DNA from: Acholeplasmataceae bacterium
GTDB taxonomy: Bacteria; Bacillota_I; Bacilli_A; Acholeplasmatales; Acholeplasmataceae
Direction of reading: 5' to 3'
DNA: 64,000 bases
Assembly (NCBI GenBank): GCA_963675245.1
Contig: OY775910.1
Span: 160,001 to 224,000 of the forward strand
Position numbers and translations under genes: made by a program. The first letter of the stretch is position 1, and every line of letters starts with the position of its first letter. The notes under the pieces were generated by a model. That model ran no database searches and was not told the origin of the DNA. It was given only the letters and a program-made list of their open reading frames with translations. Shown here in pieces: positions 21,162 through 31,619 of the stretch.

Positions 21162-23619
21162 CAAGATACACCTCTACGTGTTTTCCTATGTTTCTAAAGT
21201 GATTGTCTGTTGTCATACCATCTACAACAATTTTTGCTATTTCATATTGACCAAAATCTAATGCTTTTGGATTATGGTAAGTTATTTTTACAGTGTGGTT
21301 AAATAATACTGTTTGAATATTTGCTTTATAATCAATAAAGTCACATGCCTTTAATTTTGGTTTAAGTGTTAACACACCTAAATCAAATGATAAACCAAAC
21401 ACTTGTTCTCTAAGTAGTTTCAAAAACCAACTTGCACTACCTGTCAAATAACTGTATTTACCTATACCTAGGTCATTGAAGTATTCAGGAATACCTACAA
21501 GAACACCACTGTGTTCTTTTTCAGCTTGTTTTAGTAGTGTAAATGCTGCATCATGTCCATATGAGACAAGATTATATTGATATAGACCGTATGCATACAT
21601 CACACTCATGTGAGAGAAGATTGCACCATTTTCTTTATGGTGATATGCAAATCCATATGCTCTTCCCATATGTGCATCAGGATATCTAGAATTTAAGTGG
21701 TAACCACCTATTTGTTCATTAAACAATAATTTTTTAATACGTTTTGCTAATAATAGTGCTTGTTCGTCAGTTGCTGTATGTGATAATAAAGCCATTGCTT
21801 GTCCAGTTAAATTAGCTGTATCTTTTGTATCTAACAGTATGCCCTGTTCATTATAATAGCTTTGGAAACGTTGATCCTCAAATGCCTTTTCAAGCTTTTC
21901 TTTCATTGAATTAGCTAAGTTTTTTAGCTTATCTATGACATCATCACGTTTCATATGAATCAATGTATCTTCAAATGAAGCAGCTTGATTGAAATACTGG
22001 TTTAAATCAATATCACCTTTAAGTAATAATCCAAGTGCTTGATATAAAACAATTTCTTCTTGGTGGAGAGACGCTATTAAATCTGCTAAAATACGTAAGT
22101 TGTTCGTATAGAAGTGAGTGAATGCAATCGTTTCACCAAGTGCTTTAGCCATGTCAAGACCATCATTCCAATCTGCATCTTCTAACTTTGTATAGCCATG
22201 TTCGCCTTGATGTAGAAAACCCACCAAATTTTGTAATAATAAATGTTCTAATATGGTTCCTTGATAAGTAATTTTCGGTATGTCACGTCTTGTTTGATGT
22301 GTGTAATGTGTATATTGATCATGGAAATACGTTACTTTTTCAAGTAGGAATGCGAGATCTCCAGTCTCATCTAAATATTGTTTTACTGTGAGTAATGGCC
22401 AAGCCCCATGGTCTGACCAGACTCTGACTATTTTATTCCGATCTGCAAGAAACTCGCCTGGTTTTTCACCGATGATGGTAGCATTTGACCCATCTAATCT
22501 CACACCTTTGAAATTTGAAACCAATGTCTCTTTGACATGATCATCTCCCATCATGATCAACGATAACAAGTCTTGCCATAAATCACGCCAACCTTTTCCA
22601 CCTTTGCCATAATCATGGTGAGGTAAAAATGAATTACCATAATATCGTCTTAACATCGGTTGAATAACCATCCAGTTCATCCGATCGCTTAGTGGTTGAT
22701 CTCCCAGTTGGAACTGTAGTTTATTACTATATTCTTTAAATGATTGATTAACCTGATTTAAGCCTTCCTCAAACCCAACTTTATTCAAGTATTTCTTTTG
22801 AATACTTTCAATGCTTTCAGATGCTTCAGTAATCGAAATACCATAATAGCATGTAAATGACTCATTTGGCTTTAATTCTACTTTTTCAAATTGAATACCA
22901 CCCATTGCTTCATAACCGTCAATGTGATAAGGATTTTGAATAATGTTGTTCAATCCTTTTGGAAAGGCTAGACTACCTCCATTAATAAACTGATCGATAG
23001 TTGGTATATAGCCATTAATTTTCACATCACTACTTGCAATCACGTGATATGATGTGTGATTGATTTGATGTCCTCTTTCATCAAATTGCATGGTTGGTTT
23101 AACTGTAACTCTTCCTTCTTCAACCATGATTCGATTTAATAATGACGTAACGTGTCTATGATCTCTCATATTATCAGCACTTCTAGCATATAGAGGAATC
23201 GCAGTAGTCACTATAAGTGCTTGATTAACATTTGAATGATTTTTATAAACTACTTGATGAAGTTCAACTGGAGCATCTATAGCCACATAACTTGTTGTTT
23301 CTATGGTATATATCTGACTCTTTCTAGTGACTTTTTGATAAAGTAAGTCGATTTCTAGTGTCATCTCATCATGCTGTTGTTTTTCTGTAGAACCATTTAG
23401 AAAATATAGCTCATTATTAATATTAAAAATTACATTACGACCTAATCCATGCACATAAAGTCCTAATTCAGATATTGGTTCTAATGCAAATCTATGTTGA
23501 TCACGTTTAGCATCACCAGCCATAAACGGTGAAATGGATGATCTAAATCCATGTTTGTTAAATAGTGGGAAATAATATCCTAGATTACCATTCAGTTGCA
23601 TGATTTTTTTGTATGCCAT
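21139..23619 (-). CDS. GH94 laminaribiose phosphorylase-like enzyme
   Basis: GWRDLWQD, ADWNDGLD (catalytic Asp), KENGAIFSHM, YLTGSASW; start ATG 23619 after GGGAG. Confidence 0.85.
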   Translation of the reverse strand: MAYKKIMQLNGNLGYYFPLFNKHGFRSSISPFMAGDAKRDQHRFALEPISELGLYVHGLGRNVIFNINNELYFLNGSTEKQQHDEMTLEIDLLYQKVTRKSQIYTIETTSYVAIDAPVELHQVVYKNHSNVNQALIVTTAIPLYARSADNMRDHRHVTSLLNRIMVEEGRVTVKPTMQFDERGHQINHTSYHVIASSDVKINGYIPTIDQFINGGSLAFPKGLNNIIQNPYHIDGYEAMGGIQFEKVELKPNESFTCYYGISITEASESIESIQKKYLNKVGFEEGLNQVNQSFKEYSNKLQFQLGDQPLSDRMNWMVIQPMLRRYYGNSFLPHHDYGKGGKGWRDLWQDLLSLIMMGDDHVKETLVSNFKGVRLDGSNATIIGEKPGEFLADRNKIVRVWSDHGAWPLLTVKQYLDETGDLAFLLEKVTYFHDQYTHYTHQTRRDIPKITYQGTILEHLLLQNLVGFLHQGEHGYTKLEDADWNDGLDMAKALGETIAFTHFYTNNLRILADLIASLHQEEIVLYQALGLLLKGDIDLNQYFNQAASFEDTLIHMKRDDVIDKLKNLANSMKEKLEKAFEDQRFQSYYNEQGILLDTKDTANLTGQAMALLSHTATDEQALLLAKRIKKLLFNEQIGGYHLNSRYPDAHMGRAYGFAYHHKENGAIFSHMSVMYAYGLYQYNLVSYGHDAAFTLLKQAEKEHSGVLVGIPEYFNDLGIGKYSYLTGSASWFLKLLREQVFGLSFDLGVLTLKPKLKACDFIDYKANIQTVLFNHTVKITYHNPKALDFGQYEIAKIVVDGMTTDNHFRNIGKHVEVYLDEILRSI

Positions 23620-23637
23620 AGTGTCTCCCAAAATAAA

Positions 23638-23649
23638 GAAATCGGTTTC
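23638..23649. promoter_or_regulatory. LacI-family operator GAAATCGGTTTC (copy 2)
   Basis: identical 12-mer between TATAAT (23659-23664, minus strand) and the GH94 start. Confidence 0.7.
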
Positions 23650-23717
23650 CTACTACTTATTATATCGTAACTTTTCAATTTGTAAAGAGTTTTGTGAAAG
23701 AAAATTAAAACGCTTAC

Positions 23718-23751
23718 AAATAAAGCGATCCATTTTAGGTTCGCTTTATTT
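23718..23751 (-). terminator. intrinsic terminator after GH30
   Basis: AAATAAAGCGA...TCGCTTTATTT inverted repeat. Confidence 0.65.
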
Positions 23752-23766
23752 TTAATTTATTAAAAA

Positions 23767-25071
23767 TTATATGACAATTGTTACAATACTATGCTTGTAA
23801 CTTGTCAATGTGACGATATCCTTTAATCCCTTTAAATTCACATTAAAGTCTTGATTCGTTTCATTCATCACGACCACAACTTCAGAACCATCAGTATTTT
23901 TAAATGCCACATAATATAATTTATCTGTCCCTTCACTTAACAATTGAATTGCACCTGGTTTGATATATTTCGAGAAATGACCAATGTAATAATATGATGG
24001 ATTTTTAATGAGTTCTTCATGAAATATTTTGATCATAACAGGCGAAGAACATAAATTATTGACATGATTTGGTCCACCTGTATCATCTAAAAACAAATTC
24101 CAATCAATAAACCCTTCATTAAAATTCTTTAGGTCATGAATGATATTTCTGCCATATCTTTCGCCAACTGCATATTCATGAAAATGTGGACCACCTTCTT
24201 GACAACCTTCCGTAAATAATAAATGCTTATCAGGAAATAGATCATGATGTTTTTTAACTTCTTCAAACTGCTCATTTTCATACCAGTGAAATGCAGTACC
24301 ATATATATATTTGTTCGCTTCTTGGTCTTCATATACTTCTTTTGCTCTATCAACCATCAGATCTCTATTATGATCCCAAATATAAATCTTGATATCTGAT
24401 AAACCCTCCTGCTCAAAAGTTTTACCTAACACTTTGGATAATCTCGCTTCATCTTTACCTTCATATAAACAAGAATCCCATCTTTGTGCAGCAGCAGGTT
24501 CATTTTGAATCGTAATCATTAAAATATTTGCATTTGCCTCTTGATATGCTTTAATGAATTTTACGATATAATTTGTCCATATTTGATCATATTTCTCTAG
24601 TAATTTTCCACCTCTAATTGGTGAATGATTATCTTTCATCCAATAAGGTGGTGTCCAAGGAGATGCCAAGAGTTCTATAGGCTTACCTGCAAATTTGGAT
24701 GCATCATTGATGAGTTCTAAAACAGGTTTATCCCTGGCGATTGAAAATGATTCAAGTGAATCATCATAATCATCTATATACAAATACGAAGATAAACTGA
24801 AATCACAACCATGAATTGATACACGACCAATCGTATACCCTAATCCATCTACTGGATCAAAATACGCTTTGATTGCTTTTTCTCTTTCTGCTTTATTAAT
24901 TCGATTTAGATTATAGGCTGAACTTTCTGTAAAAGCACCTCCAAAACCTAAAATAGTTTGACCATATTCCTGTTTGATATTAATATCAAGCGATACTAGA
25001 GATGGTTCAATGACATGGTCAACTGTTTTCAACCATTCGTTTGCACCATCACGTGTTCTAATTAATGTCAT
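23767..25071 (-). CDS. GH30 glycoside hydrolase (probable beta-1,6-glucanase/glucosidase)
   Basis: GFGGAFTES, ASPWTPP.WMK, TIQNEP (acid/base), LFTEGC (nucleophile), HFSKYIKPGA. Confidence 0.88.
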   Translation of the reverse strand: MTLIRTRDGANEWLKTVDHVIEPSLVSLDINIKQEYGQTILGFGGAFTESSAYNLNRINKAEREKAIKAYFDPVDGLGYTIGRVSIHGCDFSLSSYLYIDDYDDSLESFSIARDKPVLELINDASKFAGKPIELLASPWTPPYWMKDNHSPIRGGKLLEKYDQIWTNYIVKFIKAYQEANANILMITIQNEPAAAQRWDSCLYEGKDEARLSKVLGKTFEQEGLSDIKIYIWDHNRDLMVDRAKEVYEDQEANKYIYGTAFHWYENEQFEEVKKHHDLFPDKHLLFTEGCQEGGPHFHEYAVGERYGRNIIHDLKNFNEGFIDWNLFLDDTGGPNHVNNLCSSPVMIKIFHEELIKNPSYYYIGHFSKYIKPGAIQLLSEGTDKLYYVAFKNTDGSEVVVVMNETNQDFNVNLKGLKDIVTLTSYKHSIVTIVI

Positions 25072-25154
25072 AATATTTCCCTCTTTTCATGTCTTATTAT
25101 ACTGTCTTTAACATTAAATTCAATCCCGAAAACTTGGGTAAAAAGAAAAAGAAT

Positions 25155-25877
25155 CTATTGATTCTTTCGCTTAATGAAAAATGCAATCACCGCACCTAAT
25201 ATAATATCAATGACCAAATAATATGTTATATCTGTGATCACAGCAGGGGTGATATATGTATCCCTATCTGTAATCATATCAAAGTCTTCTTCTGTAAATC
25301 CTTGATTTAAATTATCTGATGTTTCATCAATCAGATTAATTTGAAGTATCTCCGAGTGAAATAAATTCCCATTATAATCGTCAATATTGATGGCGACTTC
25401 ACGATCCTCTTCTATGACAAATGCCCCATAGAAAAACCCATAAATTTCCATCCCATAAGTGATGGCTTCTCCATTATAATTATCACTGGTTCTAATTGAT
25501 TCAGCTGTCCATGTGTCTGGGTTGATAAAACGAATGTTGGATTTATCACTATTATCATCAATTTCAGTAGCGTGTTGGAATGTGCCATTATCATTGACAA
25601 TGACGACGACTTGGTTTAATCGTTGTTCATTTTGTTCACCTATCACTTGATAAATTGAAATGTTTGCATCAGTCAATTCAATATACGCTTCTCGTTTATA
25701 CCCGAGCGATTGATAAGCAACAAATGTATCAAAGTCGCCTGTTTCATGGGCATTATCAGCAATCTCACCAAAGACTTCGAGCACTCTTGCCTGTGTATGG
25801 AGTTGAAGTGATAAGAATACGACAAATGAAAGTAATACAACACTTACAACACTGTAGATAATGATAAACTTTTTCAT
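25155..25877 (-). CDS. hypothetical membrane protein (N- and C-terminal TM)
   Basis: 240 aa ORF with 4-bp overlap to upstream gene. Confidence 0.7.
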   Translation of the reverse strand: MKKFIIIYSVVSVVLLSFVVFLSLQLHTQARVLEVFGEIADNAHETGDFDTFVAYQSLGYKREAYIELTDANISIYQVIGEQNEQRLNQVVVIVNDNGTFQHATEIDDNSDKSNIRFINPDTWTAESIRTSDNYNGEAITYGMEIYGFFYGAFVIEEDREVAINIDDYNGNLFHSEILQINLIDETSDNLNQGFTEEDFDMITDRDTYITPAVITDITYYLVIDIILGAVIAFFIKRKNQ

Positions 25878-26554
25878 CTAACAACACCTCTATTTTTGTA
25901 ATACAATTTCGCTTTATTGACAGGTTTAATTTTCCCTTGATCAATGATAATACATCCATCATCTGGAATGATATAAATGGGTAATTTGTATGCTCTAAAC
26001 ACTTTTCTCATACCACTTTTTTGTTTTTTGCGTCTTCGATAATGCACTTCTACAAAGAAACCAGAAAGTAGTTCTAGACCTTTTTCATATGAAAAAGATG
26101 GATAATCTGCATCAGGTGAAATATGATAATTTTCAAATTGAATCATGGTTCCAGCTGATACACCAATATATGTTTTCTGATGCTTTATAATGGCTTCATA
26201 TATACCCTTTTCATGGATACGATCCATAAATCTTTCCGGTGCACCACCTGGAAAAAATAAGATATCTGCAGACTCTATTTTTTTGATTGCTGCTATTCTT
26301 GTATCATCGTAATAATTAACCCATTGGATATCTTTTTCTTTGATGCCAAAAGGCAATAATTGCTCAACGACTTTCATATAATATTGACCTTCTGGGGCAT
26401 AGTCAAAACGATAATGATCTGCTGTTGGATATTGAATATCAAAAAAAGAGTAGCAGACAACTGTCACATTCATGCCTTCTTTGATATATTGTTCTAATGC
26501 TGGTTTTATTTTTGGGTGAATTAAATCGCTTCTGCTCATTAAAATATTTATCAT
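25874..26554 (-). CDS. peptidase S51 (dipeptidase E-like), class I glutamine amidotransferase-like fold
   Basis: ADILFFPGG, YIGVSAG nucleophile elbow, EVHY. Confidence 0.8.
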   Translation of the reverse strand: MINILMSRSDLIHPKIKPALEQYIKEGMNVTVVCYSFFDIQYPTADHYRFDYAPEGQYYMKVVEQLLPFGIKEKDIQWVNYYDDTRIAAIKKIESADILFFPGGAPERFMDRIHEKGIYEAIIKHQKTYIGVSAGTMIQFENYHISPDADYPSFSYEKGLELLSGFFVEVHYRRRKKQKSGMRKVFRAYKLPIYIIPDDGCIIIDQGKIKPVNKAKLYYKNRGVVR

Positions 26555-26767
26555 ATCATATTCCTTATATTCATTTGTAAATAAATTTGAAAAACGATTA
26601 GTTATTTTTCTACTCCTATTATAACGTATGATGATAAGCTTTTAAAACAAAATTGATATTCACAGTTCATGTGGTTTTAAATACAAGCCTCAATGTTATA
26701 TAATGAAATTAGAGAAAAACATAAAAGTGAAAGGAGCGTATACATTGATTTGTATACACAATAAATA

Positions 26768-26956
26768 ATGGATACTGCTGAAAAAAAATTAGCTGCTTTA
26801 AGAAAAGCAATTGATCAACGATTACAATCACTTTATAGACTGGAAGAAACAGAAAAAAGCAATGAAGCAAAGACACTTGAATATCTTATGTGTATGATTG
26901 AAATCGACAACGATGATGAATACGCAACAAAGTGTTTACGTAAAATTTATTGGTAA
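26768..26956 (+). CDS. small hypothetical protein (62 aa)
   Basis: intergenic ORF with upstream TATAAT (26699-26704) and downstream terminator. Confidence 0.5.
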   Translation: MDTAEKKLAALRKAIDQRLQSLYRLEETEKSNEAKTLEYLMCMIEIDNDDEYATKCLRKIYW

Positions 26957-26971
26957 GATTATAAAAAAGTA

Positions 26972-26994
26972 ATGGCGACCATCTCGGTCGCCAT
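26972..26994. terminator. bidirectional intrinsic terminator
   Basis: ATGGCGACC-atctc-GGTCGCCAT flanked by A and T runs, between convergent genes. Confidence 0.85.
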
Positions 26995-27000
26995 ATTTTT

Positions 27001-27996
27001 TTAAGCTTCTTTATTTCTATTAAGTGATCGTTGAACAAGCACTGCACCTAGGATTAAGACACCTTTGATGAGATCTGTTAAGAGCGCTGATACGCCAAAT
27101 GCGTTTAGGATTGCATTAATTGAATAAAGGATAATCGCTCCAAAGAATGAACCTTGAATAAATCCTTTACCACCCGCCATTGATGCGCCACCAATAGCGA
27201 CGGCTGCAATCACATCAAGTTCAAATCCACGACCTGCGGTTGCTGTATCAACAGAACCAAATCTTGCCATATATAGGAATGCGGCTAATCCAGTTAATAT
27301 ACCTGTAACTGTGAAAATCATCACTTTAACCCAATCCACTTTAATCCCTGCAAGCTTCGCTGCTTTTTCGTTTGAACCAATTGCGTAAACATAACGACCA
27401 AATTTAGTCTTCGTCATGAGCACCCATACAAGCACACTGACAAGGATAAAGATCCAAACAACCCATGGGATACCAATAAAATTACCATACCCAATTTTTC
27501 GAAGTCCAGCATAATAAAAATCATTATTAATTAATAAAGGTCCACCACTACCAATTTGAACGGTGAGTGATCGATAAGCTGCAAGTGTCGCCAAAGTAAC
27601 AATAAATGCAGCAACATGTGTTTTACCAATAAAGAAGCCATTAATTAAACCTAATATACCACCAAATGCGAGTGCAAATAATAAGGTTAAAATAACACTG
27701 CCAGTTGCGTTATACACCATAACGCTAATCGTTGCAGTTAAACCAAGAATGGACCCAACAGATAAATCAATATTACCAGATATAATGACCAAAGACATCC
27801 CTAAGGCGATAATACCAATAATGGAAGATGCTCTAACAAGTTGGATAAGATTTGCAGCACTTAAGAAATTAGGACTGGCTATCGCACCAATAATTAATAA
27901 AACGATGAGCGAAAACAAATAATTATGGTTGACAACAACATCCTTTAATACATCTTTTGATTTACCAAGCACAAGTGCTTTATCTATCTTTTTCAT
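27001..27996 (-). CDS. monosaccharide ABC transporter permease (RbsC-like)
   Basis: IDLSVGS, TKFGRYVYAIGSNEKAA, ELDVIAAVAIGG. Confidence 0.92.
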   Translation of the reverse strand: MKKIDKALVLGKSKDVLKDVVVNHNYLFSLIVLLIIGAIASPNFLSAANLIQLVRASSIIGIIALGMSLVIISGNIDLSVGSILGLTATISVMVYNATGSVILTLLFALAFGGILGLINGFFIGKTHVAAFIVTLATLAAYRSLTVQIGSGGPLLINNDFYYAGLRKIGYGNFIGIPWVVWIFILVSVLVWVLMTKTKFGRYVYAIGSNEKAAKLAGIKVDWVKVMIFTVTGILTGLAAFLYMARFGSVDTATAGRGFELDVIAAVAIGGASMAGGKGFIQGSFFGAIILYSINAILNAFGVSALLTDLIKGVLILGAVLVQRSLNRNKEA

Positions 27997-29491
27997 CTTT
28001 GTTCTCCTTTAAATTAGATCCGGTTGAATAATACATTACATTCATTTCGTCAAGTTCTTCATGACCTAGCTCTTTATTAATTTCACCACGATACATCACA
28101 ATAACACGATTCGCTATTTTGTGCAATTCTGTATATTCTGATGTGAATACGATGACTGATTTACCTTGTAAACTTAAATTATGAATTAAATGATACACTT
28201 CATTTTTTGCACCAACATCAATACCCTGTGTTGGATTATCTAGAATATAAACATCACTGTCTAATTCAAACCATCTTGAAAATATAACTTTTTGTTGATT
28301 ACCACCTGATAATGATGTGATCTTATCAAGAGGTGAACCGACTTTTATACTTGTCACTTCTTGATTTTTATCAAATCGTTTTAATTCTTCTTTTTTACTG
28401 ACAAGTGGATTTTTATGTTTTGACGTAAAATAGGCCATTGACAAATTATCGGAAATGGTTAAATCTGGAATAATCGATCTTTCTTTACGATCTCTTGGAA
28501 TCATTGAGATACCAGATTTCATCACAGATCTAATAGATTTCATCGATAATGTTTTACCATTAAGTGTGATTGTACCAGTATCAGCTTTACGCACACCAAA
28601 CAATGTCTCAGACAACTCTCCTCGACCATCTCCGAATAATCCTGTTACCCCTAACACTTCACCTTTTCTTAAATTGAAACTGATGTTTCTAAAATAAGGT
28701 TCAAGGGTAAGGTTTTTTACTTCAAATATATTATTTCCAATATGTTTTTCATTATAGTCAATCGCTTCATGGGCCAGTTTTTTACCTACCAGCAATTCCG
28801 TTGCCACTTGTTCGTTAATATCTTCAAACTGGCCAGAATCGATAAATTTTCCATCTCGTAATACGACATAATCATCGCATATTTCAAATAGTTCTGGCAT
28901 TTTATGCGAGATATAAATACTGCTTATACAATTTTTTTTAAAATCACGCATAATGCCAAATAAAATATCAATTTCTTCATTTGTTAAAGCTGTTGTTGGT
29001 TCATCAAAAATAATCAGTTTTGATTCAAATAGAACAGCTTTTGCTATTTCAATAATTTGCTTTCTAGAGGTATCTAATGTGCTAACGATTGCTTCTGGAT
29101 TGATATCAACATCCATGCGTTTAAAAACATTTCTAGAACGTTCAATCATTTCCTTTTTATTCAAAATCCCGTAAGTTGTAATTTCGTTATTTAAAAATAA
29201 ATTCTCATAAACACGTAAATCATTTACTAAATTAAGTTCTTGATGAATAAAACTAATACCTAAATCGGTTGCTTCTCTCGTTGTAAGGTGCGTGTAATTC
29301 TTACCATCAACGATGATTTCACCTGAAGATGGTGGTAATACACCACCTAAAATATTCATTAATGTAGATTTCCCAGCTCCATTCTCACCTAACAGACCTA
29401 AAATTTTAGCTTCAGGGACATTAAACGAGACATTTTCTAGTGCTTGAACAGCACCAAAATTTTTATAGATGTTTCTAAATTCAACCTTCAT
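27980..29491 (-). CDS. monosaccharide ABC ATPase (RbsA/MglA-like, two domains)
   Basis: GENGAGKST, FDEPT, LSGGNQQK. Confidence 0.93.
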   Translation of the reverse strand: MKVEFRNIYKNFGAVQALENVSFNVPEAKILGLLGENGAGKSTLMNILGGVLPPSSGEIIVDGKNYTHLTTREATDLGISFIHQELNLVNDLRVYENLFLNNEITTYGILNKKEMIERSRNVFKRMDVDINPEAIVSTLDTSRKQIIEIAKAVLFESKLIIFDEPTTALTNEEIDILFGIMRDFKKNCISSIYISHKMPELFEICDDYVVLRDGKFIDSGQFEDINEQVATELLVGKKLAHEAIDYNEKHIGNNIFEVKNLTLEPYFRNISFNLRKGEVLGVTGLFGDGRGELSETLFGVRKADTGTITLNGKTLSMKSIRSVMKSGISMIPRDRKERSIIPDLTISDNLSMAYFTSKHKNPLVSKKEELKRFDKNQEVTSIKVGSPLDKITSLSGGNQQKVIFSRWFELDSDVYILDNPTQGIDVGAKNEVYHLIHNLSLQGKSVIVFTSEYTELHKIANRVIVMYRGEINKELGHEELDEMNVMYYSTGSNLKENKDEKDR

Positions 29492-29519
29492 AATTGGTCA
29501 CATCCGCTTTCTAAAAATT

Positions 29520-29558
29520 AGATGAAGCCGGCTAAGTCGCCTTAACCGGCTATCATCT
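29520..29558 (-). other. intercistronic hairpin after the binding-protein gene
   Basis: AGATGA-AGCCGG...CCGGCT-a-TCATCT. Confidence 0.65.
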
Positions 29559-29581
29559 TTAAATCATCACTAGTTTGATAA

Positions 29582-30577
29582 TTAGTCTTCTAATGAATAA
29601 CGGTAAGTATAAACATCACCTAACATGAATGTTTCGTAGTTGCTGTTATCTACCATTTCTGTTGGAATTAAATATTGACCTGTTACTGTTTCACCATTAA
29701 GGATATCAATTCCGTATTGAATAGCATCAACAACCATTGCTGGTGAGAAGCTGAATGTGACTGAATCAAATCCTAGTTCTTCGTAATGATCAAATTGAGT
29801 TAATAATTCTCTTGGAGCTGAAACGCCACTTACTAATTTTACATTAATAGTTGCATTACCACTATAACCTTCTAAAGCTGCTAAAACACCTAATTGAACT
29901 TCAGCATCATGTGTAAAGATTGCTTGAACTTGTGCAATTTCTGCATCAGATGATGTCGTTAAGAAAGTTTCCATTTGTTCTTGTGCAGTTGATCTGCTCC
30001 AGTTTGTCACAAATTCTTGGTCAACAACAAAGTTTTCATCTGCTGTAGACATGAAGCCATCATGTCTTTGTGTAGGAACTGAAGAGTTATCACCTTTGAA
30101 TTCAAGAATGTGAACTTCGCCTGCATCTAATTCAGTTGCGAAATAAGTGTTGAAGTATGTACCAGTTTCTTCACCGATAGTGATGTTATCACCTAATACT
30201 TCAGCAGTTTCATCGAAATCACTAATGAGTCTGTCATAAATGATTAGCGGGATACCTGCATCAACGATTGATTGTGCAGCTGATTTAAGTTCATCACCAT
30301 TATGTGGCCATAATACGATGACATCAGCACCTTCACTAATCACTTGGTCAATCTGATTTGATTGTTCAACAACAGTAGATGATGTTAAAACTTTGTACTC
30401 AAATCCATTTTCTTCAGCAAGTCTTTGTGTACCAGCAATGGCATGGTTAACACTTTCACCAGTAAATCCATGGTCTGCACCAGGGATGAGGACTGCGATC
30501 ATCGTTGAATCGCCTTGACAAGCTGCTAAACTTAGCCCTAAAGCTAATGCAAAGAATAAAGCTACGATCTTTTTCAT
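29582..30577 (-). CDS. monosaccharide-binding lipoprotein (RbsB-like)
   Basis: lipobox LAAC; GIPLIIYDR; periplasmic binding protein type 1 features. Confidence 0.9.
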   Translation of the reverse strand: MKKIVALFFALALGLSLAACQGDSTMIAVLIPGADHGFTGESVNHAIAGTQRLAEENGFEYKVLTSSTVVEQSNQIDQVISEGADVIVLWPHNGDELKSAAQSIVDAGIPLIIYDRLISDFDETAEVLGDNITIGEETGTYFNTYFATELDAGEVHILEFKGDNSSVPTQRHDGFMSTADENFVVDQEFVTNWSRSTAQEQMETFLTTSSDAEIAQVQAIFTHDAEVQLGVLAALEGYSGNATINVKLVSGVSAPRELLTQFDHYEELGFDSVTFSFSPAMVVDAIQYGIDILNGETVTGQYLIPTEMVDNSNYETFMLGDVYTYRYSLED

Positions 30578-30612
30578 ATTTTCCTCCTATATTTTACTAT
30601 ATGATATAGTAA

Positions 30613-31602
30613 TTACCTTTTTGTAGATTCCCTATGAATAATCTCATAAGGAAGAATAACTTTTTTACTCTGACTATCTAAACTCGTAAGTTTTTCAAGC
30701 AAGAGATCAAAAGCATTAATACCTAAATCGAATCTTGGTTGTGCTATTGTGGATATTGTTGGAACAAAGTTTGATGTAATTGATGTATTATCAAATCCGA
30801 TAATCGCAACATCTTTCCCAGGTTTTAATCCTTGTGCAACAACCTCATTCACAGCACCGATTGCAAGTGAATCTGATACACAGATAACCGCAGTTGGTGG
30901 ATTTTTCATACTTAATAATGTTCTTAATGCATCTGATCCATCATGATATCTATAAAAAGTCTTAACAATCAGTGATTGATCATATGGCATATTGTGATCT
31001 TCTAATGCATCCTTATAACCTCTCTCGCGATTTAATTCGGAATACTTATAGTAATCACCAGAAATCATGGCTATTCGTTTATGGCCATTTTTAATAAATT
31101 CACTTGTTACATCATATATTGCTTGTCTGTTATCAACTGTAACACTTGATGTATGAGAACCAATCGTTGGTTCACACGCTTGTACGAAAGGATATTTACT
31201 TGCCAGTTGATTAATACCCTCAACCGGTAACAAACTAAACAAACTAATAGCACCATCTACTTGTTTTGTTCGTAACATATCCAAATATTTCTTCTCGCGT
31301 GCTTCTTCTAAATTAGAGATGGCAATTAAAACATCATAACCATTTTCTTCAGCACGTGCTTCAATGCCTTGAAGAATCTTCGAGTAGAATGAATTGACGA
31401 TAGTTGGAATCAAGACCAATATCTTCTGACTTTTTTTCGTACGCATTGTACGACTATTTACATTAAGCACATAATTATTTTCTTTCACTACTGCTAAAAC
31501 TTTTGCTCTAGTGCTCGGTGCTACCTTGGGATCATCATTTAAAACCCTTGAAACCGTGGCAACAGACGTCTCAGCAAGCCTTGCAATGTCCTTTATCGTC
31601 AT
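30613..31602 (-). CDS. LacI-family transcriptional regulator
   Basis: MTIKDIARLAETSVATVSRVLN; start reassigned to ATG 31602. Confidence 0.93.
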   Translation of the reverse strand: MTIKDIARLAETSVATVSRVLNDDPKVAPSTRAKVLAVVKENNYVLNVNSRTMRTKKSQKILVLIPTIVNSFYSKILQGIEARAEENGYDVLIAISNLEEAREKKYLDMLRTKQVDGAISLFSLLPVEGINQLASKYPFVQACEPTIGSHTSSVTVDNRQAIYDVTSEFIKNGHKRIAMISGDYYKYSELNRERGYKDALEDHNMPYDQSLIVKTFYRYHDGSDALRTLLSMKNPPTAVICVSDSLAIGAVNEVVAQGLKPGKDVAIIGFDNTSITSNFVPTISTIAQPRFDLGINAFDLLLEKLTSLDSQSKKVILPYEIIHRESTKR

Positions 31603-31619
31603 ATTATTGCTCCAATTCA

